Assembly (NCBI GenBank): GCA_965263055.1
Contig: OZ253581.1
Span: 553,650-617,649, forward strand
Direction: 5' to 3'
Source of the DNA: Vicinamibacterales bacterium
Lineage (GTDB): Bacteria > Acidobacteriota > Vicinamibacteria > Vicinamibacterales > UBA8438
Length of the DNA stretch: 64,000 nt
Below, piece by piece: positions 63,401 through 64,000 of the stretch (the first letter of the stretch is position 1; the number at the start of each line of letters is the position of its first letter). A program made the position numbers and the translations under genes. The notes beneath the pieces were generated by a model. That model was not told the DNA's origin and made no database searches. It was given only the letters and a program-made list of their open reading frames with translations.

Positions 63401-64000
63401 CCCGGCGGGAAGCGTGGTCAGAGAGTTGGAGTGCAGATACAGCAATGTCAGCGCGGTCAGCTCGTCGAACACGTCGTCGGGAAGCGTGGTCAGAGAGTTC
63501 CTGCCCAGCCACAGCAATGTCAGCGCGGTCAGCTCGTCGAACACGTCGTCGGGAAGCATGGTCAGAGAGTTGTTCTGCAGATCCAGCGACGTCAGCCTGG
63601 TCAGCCCGTCGAAATCCCCCGCCGCGAGAGCGGAGATGCCCTTGCGATTCAGATCCAGCGAGCCGGTGATGGCGGCGAGATGGGTGTCGGTGACAAGGGC
63701 GCAGTTATCGACGCCGGAGATTCTGTCAAGGATCGCGTCGCGCACCTGCACGGTGCGCTCGCAGACCGGCGTCGGGGCTCCCGGCTCGGCGGCAAGGACC
63801 TCCAGCGGCAGGTCGGAGGATTTCCTCAAGGCATAGCCCAAATGTTTCGAGGGCAGCCCCGGCAGGGTCCCGATGTCCGCCGTGACGGCGGAGGCCGAGC
63901 CCGCGCTCCGGGTCACCGTCACCGAGTCGCTGTGGACCATGCCGACGGGAATCGTGAGCGTGGTGGCCCCGCCGTCGATCTCGCCGTTGAAGACGCTTAC
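48416..64000 (-). CDS. Giant surface protein (>5,190 aa, N-terminus beyond the window) with a modular LRR / PKD / cadherin-like / Calx-beta / FN3 passenger and a C-terminal autotransporter-type beta-barrel
   Basis: One uninterrupted ORF, open to the window edge. The domain calls below were read from sequence motifs (see findings). The C-terminal ~520 aa are Gly/aromatic-rich with alternating strands and end in ...GRGTVGW. Confidence 0.85.
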   Translation of the reverse strand, partial: VSVFNGEIDGGATTLTIPVGMVHSDSVTVTRSAGSASAVTADIGTLPGLPSKHLGYALRKSSDLPLEVLAAEPGAPTPVCERTVQVRDAILDRISGVDNCALVTDTHLAAITGSLDLNRKGISALAAGDFDGLTRLTSLDLQNNSLTMLPDDVFDELTALTLLWLGRNSLTTLPDDVFDELTALTLLYLHSNSLTTLPAGVFDELTSLTALSLTHNGLTMLPAGVFNELTSLKYLYLHTNSLDTLSAGVFDNLTALTDLTLGGNSLSGLPAGVFENLTALTDLSLDNNPGTDDFVPTANAGEDQRVAQGAAVTLDGSASGGAWGTNVTYQWTKTSGATVTLSGADTDSASFTAPSSDGDLVFTLTVTGKGGSTYTDTDTATVRVGAASTDATLRALSLSDGTLAPTFAAATTDYTALVENSISTITVTPSTTADAATVEFLDSSDAAITDADTNTDALDASLALGENVIKVKVTAEDGSTVKTYTVTVTRAALPGVCERTEQVRDAIVAAVSGVSACANVTAAHLAAIGFLDLSDAGITSLKEGDFDGLTALTRLDLKEGDFDGLTALTRLDLDNNSLSNLPAGIFDGLTALTELHLYNNSLSNLPAGVFDDLTALTTLYLGDNSLSDLPAGVFDDLTALTLLGLGGNSLSNLPAGVFDDLTALTELRLNRNSLSNLPAGVFDGLTALTTLDLNDNSLSDLPAGVFDGLTALTGLGLGNNSLSNLPAGVFDELTALTYLGLHYNSLISLPAGVFDDLTALATLKLEGNPGTDEFVPTANAGGDQRVAQGAAVTLDGSASGGAWGTNVTYQWTKTSGATVTLSGADTDSASFTAPSSDGDLVFTLTVTGKGGSTYTDTDTATVRVGAASTDATLSGLAVSGGGTDLLTFGSDTTTYTAMVANDVETLTFTATKSDDGASVAYLDSDGNPIADADTAAGHQVPLDVGANVITVRVTAEDGTTTETYTVTVTRAEGLPTVTVAAATGGETVTEGTDAAFTLSRTGSTTAALTVAVAVSETGSVLKDASAVPSSVTFAADAATAPLALETDDDDTDDDAGTVTVTLGTDTGYTVGEPGAATVAVSDNDVPVDFVLAVPATVAEDAGPVTVRVTATTAENAPPATALAVQLARVGGTATGGTDYDAVSVTARFQVSDFTPATVDGQPRYQAVWTHDVVIHDDEVVEDDETVVLEMSPTSAFVLIHTLHGAHDAVRATLTIVDNDTAAVSFGAGSYSVDEGGTVAVTVQLDAAPGREVTVPVSAAGAGGATPPGETGADWSGVPESVTFGATDTEQTFTLAATDDADVDAGESVSLSFGTLPAGVTAGTPSEATVTIVDNDVLPTLSVANAAAAESDGVAFTVTLSEAATTDVTVTWTASIETGDSAETADFESTTGTATVSANETTGTITVPTVDDTTDEDNDTFTLTLSSPSANATLASDATATGTITDNDDPPTISVEDQTVIEGLWDPDNLVDSGFPFRVTLSEASEKRVRFKVRRVAVAGDTATDADLDLNSSLLSGIHAIAAGDTVDYSEGDAIRIDDLDEPDETFTLEIYDFENATAGDKTRSTITIEDDDDPPTVSVGDATAAEGAPVEFPVTLSAASGREVSVNWATTGDTATSPADFTAASDTLTVMPGDTTATVAVATEDDTLDEPDAETFTLTLSSPSNATLGEATATGTITDNDDPPTLGVADAAATEGAPVEFTVTLSAAATDDVTATWTASTIEGDEEKAAAADLESTTGSVTVPKGETTATFTVATAEDALDENDETFTVALSSPSSNATLAADATTATGTITDDDARPALIIADISAPEESNVEFTVTLTPASGRTVTVGWGTFLNIGQTAEEEDFTSFPQNGFVTFPPGQTTAQLQVGVVDDELVESDETFEVTLGSASNARLEDNSAIGTIVDNDVFPNAAPAFTSSDTFTPAENQTAAGTVRAGDFDGDAITDYALSGGADQALFSIGSTSGALTFLTAPNYEDPQDASTDNAYLVVVQATSGTGDREQTATQTITVTVMDDDTEAPAAPDAPSVSPASVTSLTVTWLAPDNDGPEITDYDVQYRAGTSGAWSDGSHIGTALTAILTGLLEDTSYQVQVRATNAEGTGGWSASGSGATDANAAPAFTSSTTFNPAENQTAVGTVVASDSDTGDAITGYALSGGADQALFSINNSGVLTFQAAPNYEDPQDANTDNAYVVVVQATSGTGDREQTGTQTITVTVRDDDTEAPGAPDAPSVSPASVTSLTVTWSAPDNAGPEITDYDVQYRAGTSGAWSDGSHIGTALTAILTGLLEDTSYQVQVRATNAEGTGGWSASGSGATDANAAPSFTSSTTFNPAENQTAVGTVEAEDSDTTDDITGYALSGGADQALFSINNSGVLTFQAAPNYEDPQDANTDNAYVVVVQATSGTGDREQTGTQTITVTVMDDDTEAPAAPDAPSVSPASVTSLNVNWSAPDNDGPAITDYDVQYRAGTSGAWSDGSHIGTALTAILTGLLEDTSYQVQVRATNAEGTGGWSASGSGATDANAAPSFTSSTTFNPAENQTAVGTVRASDSDADDEVTDYALSGGADQALFSINNSGVLTFQAAPNYENPQDANTDNAYVVVVQATSGTGDREQTGTQTITVRVMDDDTEAPAAPDAPSVSPASVTSLTVTWSAPDNAGPAITDYDVQYRAGTSAPWSDGSHIGTALTAILTGLLEDTSYQVQVRATNAEGTGGWSASGSGATDANAAPAFTSSTTFNPAENQTAVGTVEAEDSDTTDDITGYALSGGADQALFSINNSGVLTFQAAPNYENPQDANTDNAYVVVVQATSGTGDREKTGTQTITVTVMDDDTEAPAAPDAPSVSPASVTSLTVTWSAPDNDGPAITDYDVQYRAGTSGPWSDGSHIGTALTAILTGLLEDTSYQVQVRATNAEGTGGWSASGSGATDANAAPAFTSSTTFNPAENQTAVGTVEAEDSDTTDDITGYALSGGADQALFSINNSGVLTFQAAPNYEDPQDANTDNAYVVVVQATSGTGDREQTGTQTITVTVMDDDTEAPGAPDAPSVSPASVTSLNVNWSAPDNAGPEITDYDVQYRAGTSAPWSDGSHIGTALTAILTGLLEDTSYQVQVRATNAEGTGGWSASGSGATDANAAPSFTSSTTFNPAENQTAVGTVEAEDSDTTDDITDYALSGGADQALFSINNSGVLTFQAAPNYEDPQDANTDNAYVVVVQATSGTGDREQTGTQTITVTVMDDDTEAPGAPDAPSVSPASVTSLNVNWSAPDNAGPEITDYDVQYRAGTSAPWSDGSHIGTALTAILTGLEEDTSYQVQVRATNAEGTGGWSASGSGATDANAAPSFTSSTTFTPAENQTAVGTVEAEDSDTTDDITDYALSGGADQALFSINNSGVLTFQAAPNYEDPQDANTDNAYVVVVQATSGTGDREQTGTQTITVTVMDDDTEAPGAPDAPSVSPASVTSLNVNWSAPDNDGPEITDYDVQYRAGTSAPWSDGSHIGTALTAILTGLLEDTSYQVQVRATNAEGTGGWSASGSGATDANAAPAFTSSTTFNPAENQTAVGTVEAEDSDTTDDITDYALSGGADQALFSINNSGVLTFLTAPDYEDPQDANTDNAYLVVVQATSGTGDREQTGTQTITVTVMDANEQPDTPAKPTVSATSGTTDSLDVTWTEPGRNGGPAITGYTVEYREGTSGNWENVTHSGTGTTTTITGLTADTPHQARVQAVNGETDSEWSDPSDAVSTNAETPAVTLHLSDPDAGAVTVSATVSPASATAFTVTVSASPVAPATDDDFELSTNRELRFAANATASTGTVTIRLVNDDVPEPTDVVTVSGSASIEGVTDPGDVTLTILDDDLDRGGICARTPRVRDRILVLLKNRHSYKGDCSGVTEEHLAKLQSLDLGRNPSTESAFTMSLQSDDFEGLVNLERLYLRETGLGELPAGVFSGLAALETLELDNNQLSSLPAGVFSDLQSLKTLELQKNPSLSSLPYDEFEALPKLTELRVDPEGRRGYQVAGGEGDATLEVAAGGTTTYQVRLTHTPAYVNPPHPTLTVSSDTVEVVATPTTLQFTKENWFRRQTVTVNAPASAAGATATLTHTSVAVTYDRPIPTVTVRVLENAPGRTADPLTAAFEELPEAHDGETAFSFRIAFSEAVAVTPEAMRTRVLTVAGGAVTGAARVDGESGVWSITVAPDSREALSITLAPAAECEADGAVCTSDGRALSTGASAIVNGPGPESQTQEDQPLTASFEGVPEAHDGERAFRFHVAFSEDIGIDYQALRDDAFTVSGGAVTGVRGVDGRHDRWEIAVAPDSDGDVTITLPAGRECEVSGAICTRGENRRRLSNSPSATVAGPADEPESNTAAVGAPTIGGTPQVGEALTASTSGIADADGLDTARFAYQWIRTSADIGGATRSTYTPVAADEGTRLQVRVSFTDDAGHEERLTSAATDAVAAAPEPLTASFEGMPAEHRGPGSFSFRVAFSEGINISYTTVRDASFTVTGGEVTQARRVDGRRDRWKITIEPDSHEAVTVRLPETTDCDASGAICTDDGRPLSHALSATVAGPVGIAVADARVDENSGALLAFAVTLSRAASAALTVDYATADGSAHAGDDYTATSGTLKFRAGESSKTIEVAVLDDAHDEGEETLTLRLSNPSGGRLADGEATGTIANHDSMPRALLARFGRTAAVHVVEHVEERLAAPRAPGFRGRFAGRELRRGMERDIALSFLRQLGGAAGAGPMGAGAGGSLSGASATGTAPLGMSGLAGDGRLAAASGPMGMVAGPLGGGSRPDSQFNGGGLVRMGLGGGDVLTGSAFELGRETGHGGILSFWSRGARSRFSGREGALSLGGDVRTTMVGADYATGPLVTGLSLSHSRGLGEYTGVAGGQVASSVTGLYPWLGYKATDRVTVWGVAGYGSGGLLLTPQGGPALEAGLSMAMAAAGTRGELVAGGAGGFALAFKADALWVGTSIDGVDGPAGRLQATDTAVTRFRTGLEGSRAFTLAGRLSLTPSVEVGLRHDGGDAETGAGMDVGAGLIVSDASSGLAVDVRVRTLLLHQAEGFSERGVALSLSYNPTPSTPLGFVARVAPSWGGQATSGAEALWGRQTMAGLASGGVASGNRLDGEVGYGLPMGRRFVGTPRVGFSTSEHGRDYRLGYGLGVLNRESLTFELGIDAQRRESPLVDGASNGAVGRGTVGW
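52795..58270 (-). repeat. Nine tandem 609-bp units (203 aa: cadherin-like plus FN3) inside the giant gene
   Basis: Exact 609-nt periodicity of the antisense ORF coordinates (53224, 53833, 54442, 55051, 55660, 56878, 57487). There are nine NAAP(A/S)FTSS...WSASGSGAT protein repeats. The inner copies are near identical at the DNA level. Confidence 0.85.
61390..61700 (-). repeat. About 310-bp segment (PKD-like domain coding) nearly identical to 62830-63140, at an offset of exactly 1,440 bp
   Basis: Sequence lines 61381-61620 and 62821-63060 are identical block for block from about the 10th base onward. Divergence starts after about 61620/63060. Confidence 0.8.
62283..62378 (-). repeat. Perfect 48-bp tandem duplication (2 x 16 aa, KEGDFDGLTALTRLDL) inside LRR block 2
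   Basis: AGGTCGAGGCGCGTGAGCGCGGTGAGGCCGTCAAAGTCGCCCTCCTTC occurs twice back to back. The protein reads LKEGDFDGLTALTRLDLKEGDFDGLTALTRLDL. Confidence 0.8.

Overview
High-GC chromosomal window from a diderm (Gram-negative-type) bacterium. It encodes an Omp85/BamA-family protein, other outer-membrane barrels and an autotransporter. I did not attempt a finer taxonomic call. All product names come from reading motifs by eye; no searches were run.

Layout:
- 1-16.98 kb: mostly minus-strand housekeeping and envelope genes. These include ogt, an Omp85-family gene, a CaCA exchanger, a HupE/UreJ-like gene divergent from larE, an M16 peptidase pair, a beta-lactamase-family hydrolase, a PQQ-type propeller, a secreted polybasic PEGA protein and two alpha/beta hydrolases.
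- 17.0-21.5 kb: a two-gene accessory cassette bracketed by three copies of a 166-bp element with terminal inverted repeats. A fourth, miniature copy lies at 13.99 kb.
- 21.5-31.2 kb: a DUF305/beta-propeller fusion, a decayed ArsR-like gene, a penicillin-acylase-family gene, a YeiH-family transporter, mltG, ruvX and a frameshifted S41 peptidase homologue.
- 31.3-41.7 kb: conserved core. It holds tRNA-Val, thrS, infC (AUU start), rpmI, rplT, pheS, pheT, a zapB-like gene, zapA, a 6S RNA candidate, rny and thiL.
- 41.7-47.1 kb: two ABC exporters, an outer-membrane barrel and a GAF-like protein.
- 47.1 kb onward: tmRNA, then an AT-rich junction and gene remnants.
- 48.4-64.0 kb: one giant minus-strand ORF of more than 5,190 aa that runs off the window edge.

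Most unusual content:
- The giant ORF is an autotransporter-type protein. Its passenger is built from eukaryote-like LRR blocks, PKD, cadherin-like, Calx-beta and FN3 modules, including nine near-identical 609-bp tandem units and a triplicated domain I cannot assign.
- The MITE/REPIN-like element family has termini that coincide with TAG stop codons of three genes.

Many long ORFs in the track are antisense artefacts of the high GC content and are not annotated.
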